Part shown: in pieces, positions 29,459 to 39,483 of the stretch
How the letters are laid out: each line of letters starts with the position of its first letter
How positions within the stretch are numbered: the stretch's first letter is position 1
DNA from: a bacterium
GTDB taxonomy: Bacteria; SAR324; NAC60-12
NCBI GenBank assembly: GCA_965233585.1
Contig: CBDDTI010000746.1
Span: forward strand, 576,001-640,000
Direction: 5' to 3'
DNA: 64,000 bases
The notes under the pieces: model-generated
Told to the model about the DNA's origin: nothing
The model's input: the letters and a program-made list of their open reading frames with translations, nothing else
Database searches by the model: none
Made by a program: the position numbers and the translations under genes

Positions 29459-30706
29459 ATGATTGGAAATGATAACCCTACCATCCATTGTTCTTTTTGT
29501 GGTAAGAATCAAAGTGAAGTTTTTAAGATCATTTCAGGACAGGGTGTTTATATCTGCAATGATTGTGTGGATTTGTGCATTGATATTTTGCAAGAAGACC
29601 CAGGAGAAGACTTAAAAACGCCAGACGGAAAAAAATTACTACCCCCAATGGAGATTAAGAAGTTTCTTGACTCTTATATTGTGGGACAAGAACGAGCCAA
29701 AAAATCCTTAGCAGTTGCTGTTTACAACCACTACAAACGTTGCAATTTTAATAAATCAAATCGCTCCATTGAGCTACAAAAAAGTAATATCTTGCTCATT
29801 GGACCAACAGGTACTGGCAAGACACTTCTTGCCCAAACTCTTGCCAAAGTCCTTGACGTTCCTTTTGCGATTGCTGATGCAACCACTTTGACAGAGGCTG
29901 GATATGTTGGAGAAGATGTAGAAAATGTCGTTCTCAAATTATTACAGAATGCAGACCATGACATAGAACGAGCAGAAAAAGGAATCATTTATATTGACGA
30001 GATTGACAAGATTGTTCGCAAAAGTGAAGGCGTGTCTATCACGCGTGATGTCTCTGGTGAAGGCGTCCAACAAGCATTGCTTAAAATCATTGAAGGCATG
30101 ACAACTAACCTGCCACCTCAAGGGGGCAGAAAACATCCCGAACAGGATTACACGCAAATAGACACCAGCAACATTCTCTTTATTTGTGGTGGGGCATTCG
30201 TCGGTTTAGAAGATTTAATCCATCGCAGAATTGGTCAAAAATCCATAGGCTTCGGTGAGATTCATCAAAACAAAAAAGAAACGACCGACATCTTAGCCCA
30301 AGTTGAACCTGAAGATTTTTCAAAATATGGGTTGATTCCTGAATTTATTGGACGACTGCCTATTGTTGCGATTTTGGAAGAACTAGACGAAAACGATCTT
30401 GTTCAGATTTTGCAAGAGCCTAAAAATGCCATCATCAAACAATATCAAAAACTTCTGGAAATGGACGGCATCAAGCTCAGTTTTTCAGAAGGCTCCGTCC
30501 GTGCTATCGCACAAGAAGCCATTAAACGTAAAACTGGGGCAAGAGGTTTGAGGTCTATATTAGAATCTATTATGCTAGATGTGATGTATGAAGCACCTTC
30601 TAACTCTAAAGTGAAAGAATGTCGGATCAGTAGCTCTGTCATTTTAAAAGGCACACGCCCCCGATTGATTCAAAGAAAACCCACGAAAAAAATTAAATTT
30701 GGATAA
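29459..30706 (+). CDS. clpX: ATP-dependent Clp protease ATP-binding subunit
   Basis: CSFCGK zinc finger; [11 protein letters not shown] loop and RKTGARGLR motifs. Start at ATG 29459. Confidence 0.97.
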   Translation: MIGNDNPTIHCSFCGKNQSEVFKIISGQGVYICNDCVDLCIDILQEDPGEDLKTPDGKKLLPPMEIKKFLDSYIVGQERAKKSLAVAVYNHYKRCNFNKSNRSIELQKSNILLIGPTGTGKTLLAQTLAKVLDVPFAIADATTLTEAGYVGEDVENVVLKLLQNADHDIERAEKGIIYIDEIDKIVRKSEGVSITRDVSGEGVQQALLKIIEGMTTNLPPQGGRKHPEQDYTQIDTSNILFICGGAFVGLEDLIHRRIGQKSIGFGEIHQNKKETTDILAQVEPEDFSKYGLIPEFIGRLPIVAILEELDENDLVQILQEPKNAIIKQYQKLLEMDGIKLSFSEGSVRAIAQEAIKRKTGARGLRSILESIMLDVMYEAPSNSKVKECRISSSVILKGTRPRLIQRKPTKKIKFG

Positions 30707-30709
30707 ACC

Positions 30710-31690
30710 ATGTATGACATTTGTATCATAGGAAGCCCTATTATTGACATTCTCGCTTGCGTTCCTGATTCTTTTTTGCCAGAACATGCTTTGGAAAAAG
30801 ACCGCATGTATCTCATTGAACAAGATCAAAAAAATAAGCTAGCTAATGATTTGGAAGTCTTGAATATCCCAACGCAGCAAGCCCCTGGAGGTTCTGCCGC
30901 AAATACTGCAAAGGGCATCGCACTTTTTGGAAAAAAGGTGGCGTTTAATGGCAAGGTCGGGTCAGATGAAAATGCAACAATCTACCAAAACAAGATGAAA
31001 GCATGTGGTGTGGACGTCTTTTTATCCTCAGGGGAAAGAGACACGGCTGCCTCTACAATTTTAATTACAGACGATTCCGCACGCACCATGAATACTTATC
31101 TTGGTTCTGCTCAAGATTTTGCTAAAGATGATGTTGCAGTTGATGCTATCTCGCAATCAAAGTACCTCTACATTGAAGGGTATCAATGGGACACTGAAGC
31201 ACAAAAAGAAGCTGTTCGTTATGCAATCAAGATTGCCAAGGAACATGACGTCAAAGTCAGTATCAGCCTTTCAGATTTGTTTTGTGTGGAAAGGCATCAT
31301 CAGTCATTTCAAGATTTATTACCCGACCTTGATTTAGTGTTTTGTAACTACGATGAAGCCAAAGCATTGACTTCCCAAAAAGATGTCAAAGATGCCCTGA
31401 ATTTTCTGACAAAACGAACTGCGATTGCCGTCATCACTTTAGGGGCAGATGGTGTGATTGCAGGACAAGGTCAAGTCGTGGAACATGTCAAGGCACTGCC
31501 AAGTCATGTCATTGATACAACAGGGGCAGGAGATTCATTTGCTGCAGGTTTTTTCTATGGCATTTTAACGAATCAATCATTAGCCAAATCTGCACAGATG
31601 GGAGCATTTCTAGCATCAAAAGTGATTGAAGTGATTGGTCCTCAATATCCTGATAACTTGATGACACAATTTCAAAAATCCTTTTCCTAA
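30710..31690 (+). CDS. PfkB-family (adenosine kinase-like) kinase
   Basis: GGSAANT, RTMNTYLG and IDTTGAGDSFAAGF motifs. Confidence 0.9.
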   Translation: MYDICIIGSPIIDILACVPDSFLPEHALEKDRMYLIEQDQKNKLANDLEVLNIPTQQAPGGSAANTAKGIALFGKKVAFNGKVGSDENATIYQNKMKACGVDVFLSSGERDTAASTILITDDSARTMNTYLGSAQDFAKDDVAVDAISQSKYLYIEGYQWDTEAQKEAVRYAIKIAKEHDVKVSISLSDLFCVERHHQSFQDLLPDLDLVFCNYDEAKALTSQKDVKDALNFLTKRTAIAVITLGADGVIAGQGQVVEHVKALPSHVIDTTGAGDSFAAGFFYGILTNQSLAKSAQMGAFLASKVIEVIGPQYPDNLMTQFQKSFS

Positions 31691-31700
31691 AATTTGAAGA

Positions 31701-32882
31701 TTGCTTCCAGAATTATTGGCACCTGCTGGCAATCTGCAAAAGCTCAAAACTGCTGTTTTGTATGGTGCAAATGCCGTTTATTTGTCAGGTCAAAACTTCA
31801 GTTTACGTGCAGGGTCTGATAACTTTTCTCATTCAGAATTACAAGATGCCATTGCTTTCACAAGACAGCATGGCGTCAAACTCTACGTTGCTCTCAACGC
31901 TTTTTCCCATGATTCAGACTTTGAAGGATTAGCTGACTACGTTCGGTTTTTAGACAGCTTGAACATTGATGCTGCTATCGTCTCTGACCTTGGCATGATT
32001 CGCATGATTCAACGTTACTCTGATATTCCGATTCATCTTTCCACCCAGTCGTCTTGTGTCAATATAGATTCTGCTTTACTATGGCGAGATATAGGCGTCA
32101 AACGTGTGATTTTAGGCAGGGAGGTTTCAATCAGACAGGCATCAGAAATCAAACAGCAAACAGGTTTGCAAGTGGAGCTTTTCATTCATGGTGCCATGTG
32201 TTCGGCATTTTCAGGGCATTGTGTCATTTCAAATTACACGCAAGCAAGAGATAGTAATCGCGGTGGGTGTGTTCAAAGCTGCCGGTTTAATTACCAGATT
32301 AAAGACTTGGAAGGTTTTGTGAGTTATCAAAGACGTTTCATAAGCTCCAAAGATTTAAACGGGCTGACCTTACTCCCTGAGTTTGTGAAATATGGAATTG
32401 ACAGTTTGAAGATAGAGGGGAGAATGAAGAGCAGTTTGTATGTTGCGACAACAGTTTCTACTTACGCAAAAGGTCTCAAGTTAATAGAAAAAAATGAGGC
32501 GCAAAATCAGCTAGAGAATATCACACAAGAGTTGAAAAACATGCCTCATCGGACATACACCACAGGTTCTTTGCTACAAAAGGCTGATCATTCAAGTGTA
32601 GTGGAAAGTGGCGACCCTAACCGTGAGAATGGAAGTTATGAAATTGCAGGCACGATTTTGGAGACAACGCCAGTAACCACAGTATTAGTGCAAAATGCGT
32701 TCTGCAAAGAGACTCACTTGGAAGCTCTCACTTTTGATGGTCAAGTGATTTCACTGAATCCCTCAAATATGACCAATTTATCTAAAAAACAACTGGATCA
32801 AGCCAAGCCCAATACACTCATCAAATTACCTTTTGACCACCGGTTGCAAAATCTTAATCTTGTCAGAATGCCCATTAACTAG
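31701..32882 (+). CDS. U32-family peptidase-like Fe-S protein (tRNA hydroxylation, TrhP/YegQ-like)
   Basis: PELLAPAG, HLSTQ, HGAMC...C...RGGCVQSCR and LKIEGRMK motifs. Confidence 0.9.
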   Translation: MLPELLAPAGNLQKLKTAVLYGANAVYLSGQNFSLRAGSDNFSHSELQDAIAFTRQHGVKLYVALNAFSHDSDFEGLADYVRFLDSLNIDAAIVSDLGMIRMIQRYSDIPIHLSTQSSCVNIDSALLWRDIGVKRVILGREVSIRQASEIKQQTGLQVELFIHGAMCSAFSGHCVISNYTQARDSNRGGCVQSCRFNYQIKDLEGFVSYQRRFISSKDLNGLTLLPEFVKYGIDSLKIEGRMKSSLYVATTVSTYAKGLKLIEKNEAQNQLENITQELKNMPHRTYTTGSLLQKADHSSVVESGDPNRENGSYEIAGTILETTPVTTVLVQNAFCKETHLEALTFDGQVISLNPSNMTNLSKKQLDQAKPNTLIKLPFDHRLQNLNLVRMPIN

Positions 32883-33849
32883 ACTCAATCTGACGTTCGG
32901 GAACACCTGTTAAGATTAAAGTCACATGAACCATGTCGTGATTAGAATCTTGACTGCTAGCCTTGCCCAGAATTGTATTGACGTCCTCATGTAGCTTGCC
33001 TTCAAGTTTTTTCATCACATCATCTAAATCTAAAATTCCAACATCGCCAACAATATTCAATAGCAAGCCTTTTGCCTCTTTGATTTCCATGTTTTGTAAA
33101 AGAGGACTTGCCATTGCATGATCTACTGCCTGTTGAAGGGCATCTTCCCCGCTAGCGTATCCTTCACCGATGACGGCAGAACCCATGTTGTGCATGATGG
33201 CATGGATGTCCGCAAAATCAACATTAATAGTACCTGTTGTATTGATGATATTCGTGATGCCCTGTACAGAACTTTTGATAAAATCGTCTGTCTGCTTGAA
33301 AAAATCCTCAGCACTGTCATTGTCATCAGAGTTAAAGAGCGATTCATTTGGCAACTCTATGATTACATCAGCATGCTGTCTTAAATGTAAAATACCTTGA
33401 TCTGCTAAAGCGGCTTTGGTTTTTCCTTCCATATCAAAAGGAAGAGTGACGATACACACAGTGAGAACACCCAAATCTTTTGCAAGTTTAGCTATCACAG
33501 GACTTGCCCCTGTTCCAAAACCTCCTCCTAACGTGCTAATCAGCAAGAGCATTTTGGTCTCTTCAAGCACTTCAGCAATTTGTTCTTGGTAGTCAGAGGC
33601 GATCTCTGCTCCCATCTCACTATTCCCCCCTGTTCCGTAACCATCAGTTGCTTCACTTAAATCAATGAAGTTGATTTCTGGCGGAAAAGACTTTTTCCTC
33701 TGAGTGTCACACGTGACAAGAGAAACATGGTCTAAAGAACATTCAGCAATATTGCAAACCACTCCACTTCCCCCACTTCCTACTCCCAAAATTGTAATCT
33801 TAGGTTGGAGTAGAGATGATTGAATATCAATCGGCAAGCTGGACGTCAT
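32875..33849 (-). CDS. ftsZ: Divergent FtsZ-family GTPase lacking the C-terminal linker and tail
   Basis: GVGSGG, GGGFGTG, VTLPFDMEG and INVDFADI motifs; GGAGG RBS before ATG 33849. Confidence 0.8.
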   Translation of the reverse strand: MTSSLPIDIQSSLLQPKITILGVGSGGSGVVCNIAECSLDHVSLVTCDTQRKKSFPPEINFIDLSEATDGYGTGGNSEMGAEIASDYQEQIAEVLEETKMLLLISTLGGGFGTGASPVIAKLAKDLGVLTVCIVTLPFDMEGKTKAALADQGILHLRQHADVIIELPNESLFNSDDNDSAEDFFKQTDDFIKSSVQGITNIINTTGTINVDFADIHAIMHNMGSAVIGEGYASGEDALQQAVDHAMASPLLQNMEIKEAKGLLLNIVGDVGILDLDDVMKKLEGKLHEDVNTILGKASSQDSNHDMVHVTLILTGVPERQIESS

Positions 33850-33963
33850 AACTTCCTCCACTTCCTTATTAGACAAAAATAAAAGGGGGAATTGTAACAT
33901 ACTCTATAACTTAAAAGCAAATTTTTTGACCTGAATGACCTTAAAAACCCGTCTCGTTTCATC

Positions 33964-36792
33964 TTATTTTTTCAATCTCCATACTTGGTTTTGCCAACGT
34001 GCATCGTGGATATGATAGCCTCCTGAAATCCAAATTTGGTCTTGATAAAGCAGACTAGAGGCGTCAATTAATTTTGCCCAATCCCCATGTTGTCTAAGTG
34101 TCCAATTCTGACCATCAAACGAACTCCAAATGCTTGAAGACCCTTGTCCTCTTGTGTCTCCTCCAATGATCCAAATTTGTTCGTCAAAAACGACGGTTGT
34201 GTGCTGAGATCTTGGCTTCCAAGTCGCTTCGCTTGTCTCTTGAGTCCATTTTTTCCCATCAGTAGAACTCCAAACATCATTAAGTAATCCGTTCTGGTCT
34301 TTACCTCCCATCACCCACATTTTATTGTTAAAAACGGTGCTTGCATGAGCATATCTTGGAGTCCAACGAATGTTGTTATCTGTAGTATGTGGAGCCTCCA
34401 GATTCCAAGACTTGCCATCAGTAGAACTCCAAACATCATTTTGATATTCACCATCAGCGACACCATTCCCCCCTAAAATCCATATTTTATCATCAAAAAC
34501 CAATCCCTGATGCCGCATTCTTGAACTCCAACGAATGTTGGTATTTGTAGTCTTTGGTGCTTCCAAAGTCCAAGATTTGCCATCAGTAGAACTCCAAACA
34601 TCATTCATTCTTTCAGAACCGTTGTGTCCACCTAAAAGCCAAAGTTTTTGTTTAAAATTGAGCGATACATACCTGCTTCTGCCCGTCCAACGAACATTGG
34701 TATTTGTAGTATGTGCCACCTCCAAAGTCCAAGATTTGCCATCAGTAGAACTCCAAATGTCATTATACTCCTGACCACTCCCAGTGTGATTATCGTATCC
34801 CCCAACAATCCACATCTTGTCTTGAAAGACAACGCTTTGATGCTCAGGGTTGGGCTTCATTGCTGTTTCCAAAGTCCAAGATTTGCCATCAGTAGAACTC
34901 CAGACCTTTCTATCTCCTTTGGGGTTACCTTCTGCAACTCCCGCCCATAGTTGATTTTTGAATGCAATGAGACTATGAGAACCTCTTGCATCTTTCCAAG
35001 GAGGTGCTGGCTCTTGAGTCCATGCTGTGCCATCAAAGCTGTACACAAAATTGTCAATGCTATCATCTGGAAGCCGCTTTGCTCCACTCAGCCAAATTTT
35101 GTTGTCAAAAACAGTGGTTGTATAGTCTTTCTCAATGTTTGCAGGCACGTCAAGTCCTGTTGCTCTTGTCCAAGTGGCTCCATCAAAGCTCCAAACATCT
35201 GCCAATTTTTGACCACTATCATTTTTGTTAGTCCCTCCAAAAAAATAGAGTGTATTTTGTAAAACGTGGGCATGATAATCAGTTCTAGGTGTCCAAGGGG
35301 CATCATTGGTTTCTTTTGTCCAGCTGACCCCGTCGCTAGACTTCCAAACTTCGCTAGTATCCTCAAGGTTATCATCTATTAAACTTTTGTCTTTGCCCCC
35401 AAAAGACCAATATTGACCTTTGAAGAAAATCCGTCTTGAGTGGCTTGGTCTCAATTCCCCTCCCCCAACCATAGCCCATGTTGCATTGTGGGATTCTTCT
35501 GACCAGTTGACCAAGTCTTGAGAAGAAAGTAACTTCCCTTTATCACTCTCCAACGGTTCCTGAATATACCAACTGTCACCATTGAAAAAAATATTATAAA
35601 TTTGCCCCCATGTTCTTTCGGGAAAGTCAAAATAACGTTTGTCCCAAGTGATGCCATCTGCCGAAAAAAATATAAATGGTTTAGAGTCTTGATTTTGCTG
35701 TTCAGAGGCACTGTAAAATGATGTCTGCAACCAGATTTTATCATTGACAATGGCAGGGTTTTGCAAAGGAATACTTAAATTTACCTTGTCAGACTGTAGC
35801 TGCCATTCAGGTTCTTCCAAAGTTTTAATCGTTTTTTCAGGACTCAATGGACTTTCTCCCCACGCATTGACGGCTGACACACGATAATAATAATCGGTAT
35901 CAGCTAACAAATTGATATGTTTGTAGGTGGTGAGGCTAGTTTCAATGGTGGTGAGGCTAGTTTCAATAGACTGGTCATCTTCCAAGATTTGAGGAGACTG
36001 CGAAAAATAAATTTTATAACTTTGAGCCATAGGAACACTGTCAAAGCTGATTGTCAGATGAGCAAAAGAGATGTTTTCAGTTTTGATGTTTGTAGGATAA
36101 GAGATAGGAATTGCGAACCTATCCTGAGTCGTGGCGTTCAGTAAATCGCTTAAAGTGCTTTCTTGATTTTCAGACAATGCACTAATTCTGAAATAATAAG
36201 TTGTGTTATTTTCTAAATTCTTGTAGTCAAAGACATTCTTAACCGATGTGACAAAGTGGCTGTTCTTTGTGACATTTGAATCTTTTGAATAATACAGGCG
36301 GTAGCTTTGTGCCTCTTTGAGAGCATCAAAGCCAATTCGGAGAGCATTTGATGTAGTCAACAAGATTTGTATATTAGTCGGAGTAGAAAGTTGTTGAAGC
36401 CGTTGAGGTGCAGAATTTTCTGATGAATCTGTTGTAGTAGCCTCAACTTCTGTGCTTAAAGAACTCTCATAGACCCCACTCACTGTGCTTAATCTGTAAT
36501 AGTACGTTGTGCCTTCTTCCAAACCTTGATGCGAGTAAGTATTGGAAGAAAGAGTCTTGAAAGAACTTGTTTTTTCAACTTCTGGCTGTGTAGAAAAATA
36601 AAGTTTGTAAGACTTTGCATCTGGCACAGCCTTGAAAGTGATGTCAATGCTAGAGTTGTCAGCATCAATGATTTCAATTTGGGAGGGAGGAGGTAGTTTT
36701 TGTTCAGGTTGTTCTGACGCACAGCCAAGAGTCAAAATAACTAAAACAAAAGAAAATACAGAAAACAGATTTTTTTGAAGTTGAATTAACAA
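33964..36792 (-). CDS. Surface lipoprotein with 3 Fn3 domains and Kelch-like repeats
   Basis: Lipobox LTLG-C; TTYYYRLS/TDYYYRVSAVN Fn3 motifs; repeated KIWILGG...NDVWSSTDGKSW. Confidence 0.87.
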   Translation of the reverse strand: MLIQLQKNLFSVFSFVLVILTLGCASEQPEQKLPPPSQIEIIDADNSSIDITFKAVPDAKSYKLYFSTQPEVEKTSSFKTLSSNTYSHQGLEEGTTYYYRLSTVSGVYESSLSTEVEATTTDSSENSAPQRLQQLSTPTNIQILLTTSNALRIGFDALKEAQSYRLYYSKDSNVTKNSHFVTSVKNVFDYKNLENNTTYYFRISALSENQESTLSDLLNATTQDRFAIPISYPTNIKTENISFAHLTISFDSVPMAQSYKIYFSQSPQILEDDQSIETSLTTIETSLTTYKHINLLADTDYYYRVSAVNAWGESPLSPEKTIKTLEEPEWQLQSDKVNLSIPLQNPAIVNDKIWLQTSFYSASEQQNQDSKPFIFFSADGITWDKRYFDFPERTWGQIYNIFFNGDSWYIQEPLESDKGKLLSSQDLVNWSEESHNATWAMVGGGELRPSHSRRIFFKGQYWSFGGKDKSLIDDNLEDTSEVWKSSDGVSWTKETNDAPWTPRTDYHAHVLQNTLYFFGGTNKNDSGQKLADVWSFDGATWTRATGLDVPANIEKDYTTTVFDNKIWLSGAKRLPDDSIDNFVYSFDGTAWTQEPAPPWKDARGSHSLIAFKNQLWAGVAEGNPKGDRKVWSSTDGKSWTLETAMKPNPEHQSVVFQDKMWIVGGYDNHTGSGQEYNDIWSSTDGKSWTLEVAHTTNTNVRWTGRSRYVSLNFKQKLWLLGGHNGSERMNDVWSSTDGKSWTLEAPKTTNTNIRWSSRMRHQGLVFDDKIWILGGNGVADGEYQNDVWSSTDGKSWNLEAPHTTDNNIRWTPRYAHASTVFNNKMWVMGGKDQNGLLNDVWSSTDGKKWTQETSEATWKPRSQHTTVVFDEQIWIIGGDTRGQGSSSIWSSFDGQNWTLRQHGDWAKLIDASSLLYQDQIWISGGYHIHDARWQNQVWRLKK

Positions 36793-36829
36793 TTTGACCT
36801 TTTTTGAAGTTGAATTAACAATTTGACCT
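36772..36829. repeat. Perfect 29-bp tandem duplication spanning the RBS and TTG start
   Basis: TTTTTGAAGTTGAATTAACAATTTGACCT x2. Confidence 0.9.
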
Positions 36830-36835
36830 TATCAA

Positions 36836-37552
36836 TCAACGAACAGTCACACTGGTTGAGCTAGAAAAATCGGAGCAACCTGAGTCATTACATGCTTTCA
36901 CTTGATAGATATACTGTCCTACTGCAAGATTAATAGCATTGTAAGAAGAAAACTTACCCTCGTAAACGAGAGTAAAACTGCCGCTTCCTCCAACTTGATG
37001 ATACAACCGATAGCTTGTTGCTCTAGGAGTTTGATTCCACCCAATGCCCACAGTCCTGAAAATACGAATGACAGCCGACAACCCTGTTGGTTGAGGAGGA
37101 GGTTGCAGAAAGATGTCAATAGTCCACTCGTTGTTGATGTCTTCTAAATTTGTTTGAATAGTGGCTTTCCCTTTCTTTTTTCCTCTGAATGATAATTTTA
37201 AACTGATTTTCTCTTGTCTTGGAAGGAACAATGTCAATTCCCCACTGTCGTTTACACTTTCAATACTTTGGTCATCAGGAACGGTAATTTTGACAAGACT
37301 TTCAGGATATTGCACCACCATCTTCTTACCTTGATATGCTGAAGATAAATCACAATTCAAGGTGTACTGCACAGTTTGACCAACTTCAATTCTGTTATTT
37401 TTTGTATCTAAAGTACAGTTTGAATTTTTAGACTTACTATTTTTCTTTTGAGCAGGATTGCAACTGACGAATATCAAAATCAGGACAATTCCAAGTTTAA
37501 AACGGTAGATTGTAGATTTAAAATGAGGCATTTTTTGAATCATAAATTTCAT
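36836..37552 (-). CDS. Lipoprotein with C-terminal Fn3 domain
   Basis: Lipobox IFVS-C; YIYQVKACNDSGCSDFS. Confidence 0.75.
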   Translation of the reverse strand: MKFMIQKMPHFKSTIYRFKLGIVLILIFVSCNPAQKKNSKSKNSNCTLDTKNNRIEVGQTVQYTLNCDLSSAYQGKKMVVQYPESLVKITVPDDQSIESVNDSGELTLFLPRQEKISLKLSFRGKKKGKATIQTNLEDINNEWTIDIFLQPPPQPTGLSAVIRIFRTVGIGWNQTPRATSYRLYHQVGGSGSFTLVYEGKFSSYNAINLAVGQYIYQVKACNDSGCSDFSSSTSVTVR

Positions 37553-37620
37553 AGTAATCTACTAGTATTGAGTATATCCTGACAACTGAAAACTTCCTAA
37601 AACCAATGATTATTGAGCAA

Positions 37621-38667
37621 TTATATTGTAGTGTCAAGGTTTTTTTGTGAACGTTGCTGAAGCAATGTTTCTAGCCAATCTGCAGTTGGTTTGGGAGTTT
37701 GAAGACGTTCTTGAACCTTGAATGCAAGATGACCATGTAGAACGCCTTGAATCCCACGAAATTTGACAACATCTTCCACTAACGCATTCAGAGGTTCATC
37801 ATGGGCTTGGTTCAATGTCAGACAATCTCCTGTTTTAAGCTCAACAAGCTCACGCAAGGTGATTTTGGTCTTCCCTAACTCTACTTTAAAAGAAATTGGA
37901 ATTTGGCTCACCTGATGTTGTAGCCTAATCTTCGCAGTCGTGTCTTCTTCAAGGTTTTTCTTCCAGCTTAAATTCAGGTGAGAACGAATGGGGTCAATCA
38001 TACTCTGCGGCAAGCAAAGCATGAGGTTCATGTCCATTTTGTGCATACTGACACGAAAAGGGGACGTCAACATCGCAGTTGAAGGTGGAATATTTAGAAA
38101 CTGCTGCCTGCTTTCAAGACGAGAGAGACGGGGTTGTAGTGAAGCAACAGGCTCCCAAGCATTTTCTAAACAAAGCAAAATGGTGTGAAGAGATTTTGCA
38201 AGGAGGCGGGATTCTATCGGCGTAAAATCCCTATGAGGCAAATGAGAGACCCCGTGACCAACACCCCCAAGAAGCCTATCTACAAATGAAAAGCTCAAAC
38301 GTCTATCACACACTAGCAATCCTTTGTCAGACAAAGGATTCAACTGGAATACTCCCACGGCAGTAGGAAACTCAATCAACTGGATTAAATCCTTAAAAGG
38401 TATGACTTCAACTGGTTGATCTTGGACATCAACAGGGGTGCGGAAATTAATGCTTAATGTTTGCCTCAATGTATGACAAAAACGTGCATTCACTGCCTCT
38501 ATCGCAGGAAGCCTTCCTTGGATGCAACGTTCTGTCCGCAAGAGGTCATAAGGGACGACATCGTGTTCATCAGGAATCTCATCTTCTGAAGTTGGACGTT
38601 GGGGGACAGCATCAAAATCACTCAACAGCGCATCAACTTCTTGCTGCGAAAGCATGTTTGCCATCAC
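37621..38667 (-). CDS. fliM: Flagellar motor switch protein FliM
   Basis: LSQQEVDALL CheY-binding peptide; DRLLGG and FTPIE motifs; C-terminal SpoA domain. Confidence 0.92.
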   Translation of the reverse strand: MMANMLSQQEVDALLSDFDAVPQRPTSEDEIPDEHDVVPYDLLRTERCIQGRLPAIEAVNARFCHTLRQTLSINFRTPVDVQDQPVEVIPFKDLIQLIEFPTAVGVFQLNPLSDKGLLVCDRRLSFSFVDRLLGGVGHGVSHLPHRDFTPIESRLLAKSLHTILLCLENAWEPVASLQPRLSRLESRQQFLNIPPSTAMLTSPFRVSMHKMDMNLMLCLPQSMIDPIRSHLNLSWKKNLEEDTTAKIRLQHQVSQIPISFKVELGKTKITLRELVELKTGDCLTLNQAHDEPLNALVEDVVKFRGIQGVLHGHLAFKVQERLQTPKPTADWLETLLQQRSQKNLDTTI

Positions 38668-38673
38668 CTTCTC

Positions 38674-39483
38674 TTAGAAATCGCTATGAAAATACGCAAA
38701 CTCAAAATATAGCGAGCCGACAATCATACCAATCCCGACAATGCTTAAAATGACGTGAAACACCCTTTGTTTGCGTTGAAATCTCAAATAAAGTGCAAGA
38801 CATGCGAAGACTCCCCATGTGATTGAAGCAGCACCAAGTCTCCAAAGGCTAGACTGACTATTGAGCATCTCAGCCAGAACAACCCCAAATAGCAGCCCCC
38901 CTGTTTGCAAAAAGAGACTCCACTTTAAAAAAACTTGCATACTGCGGTCTAGCTTTCCCAGAGGGGGAAATCGGTTGTATGGCAGTTTGAAAGCATGCAG
39001 TTTAATTTGCCTTTCTTGCCTCCAAAACAAAAAGCAGGACACACAGACCAAGCATGAAAGAATATAGCCAACAAGGAGCAAAACAATATGGAACAGCAAG
39101 ATAAACTGGTGACTAATGGACTCTACAATGACATGAGGATATTTAGAAATGAGAAGCCCTACAAACAACGCTGCAGAAATGAAAGGAAAGATGGCATGAC
39201 TCCAACCTAACCCATCTTTAAAACGTACTGACAACCTAAGACATGCTATGGCATACGAGATCACATAAAGCCAAGTAGAAAGCTGATCAAATGGTAAATT
39301 GTTGTTCACAAACAAATCTACCAAAAATGCTAAATGTAGCACAAATGCAGTGACTGTCAGCGAGGTCAGCGAAACTTTGAGGGATAAATAATAAAATTGA
39401 AAGATAGAAAGGACTCCAACAGCAGCATAGAAGAAAATGGTGAACCAGATAATGATTTCTGCAAGGTTCATTTTTGAAACCAA
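38674..39483 (-). CDS. Cytochrome c assembly CcsA/YpjD-like membrane protein
   Basis: Eight TM helices; conserved His (FHIV) and QERQIK...PPLGKLD pattern. Confidence 0.72.
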   Translation of the reverse strand: MVSKMNLAEIIIWFTIFFYAAVGVLSIFQFYYLSLKVSLTSLTVTAFVLHLAFLVDLFVNNNLPFDQLSTWLYVISYAIACLRLSVRFKDGLGWSHAIFPFISAALFVGLLISKYPHVIVESISHQFILLFHIVLLLVGYILSCLVCVSCFLFWRQERQIKLHAFKLPYNRFPPLGKLDRSMQVFLKWSLFLQTGGLLFGVVLAEMLNSQSSLWRLGAASITWGVFACLALYLRFQRKQRVFHVILSIVGIGMIVGSLYFEFAYFHSDF

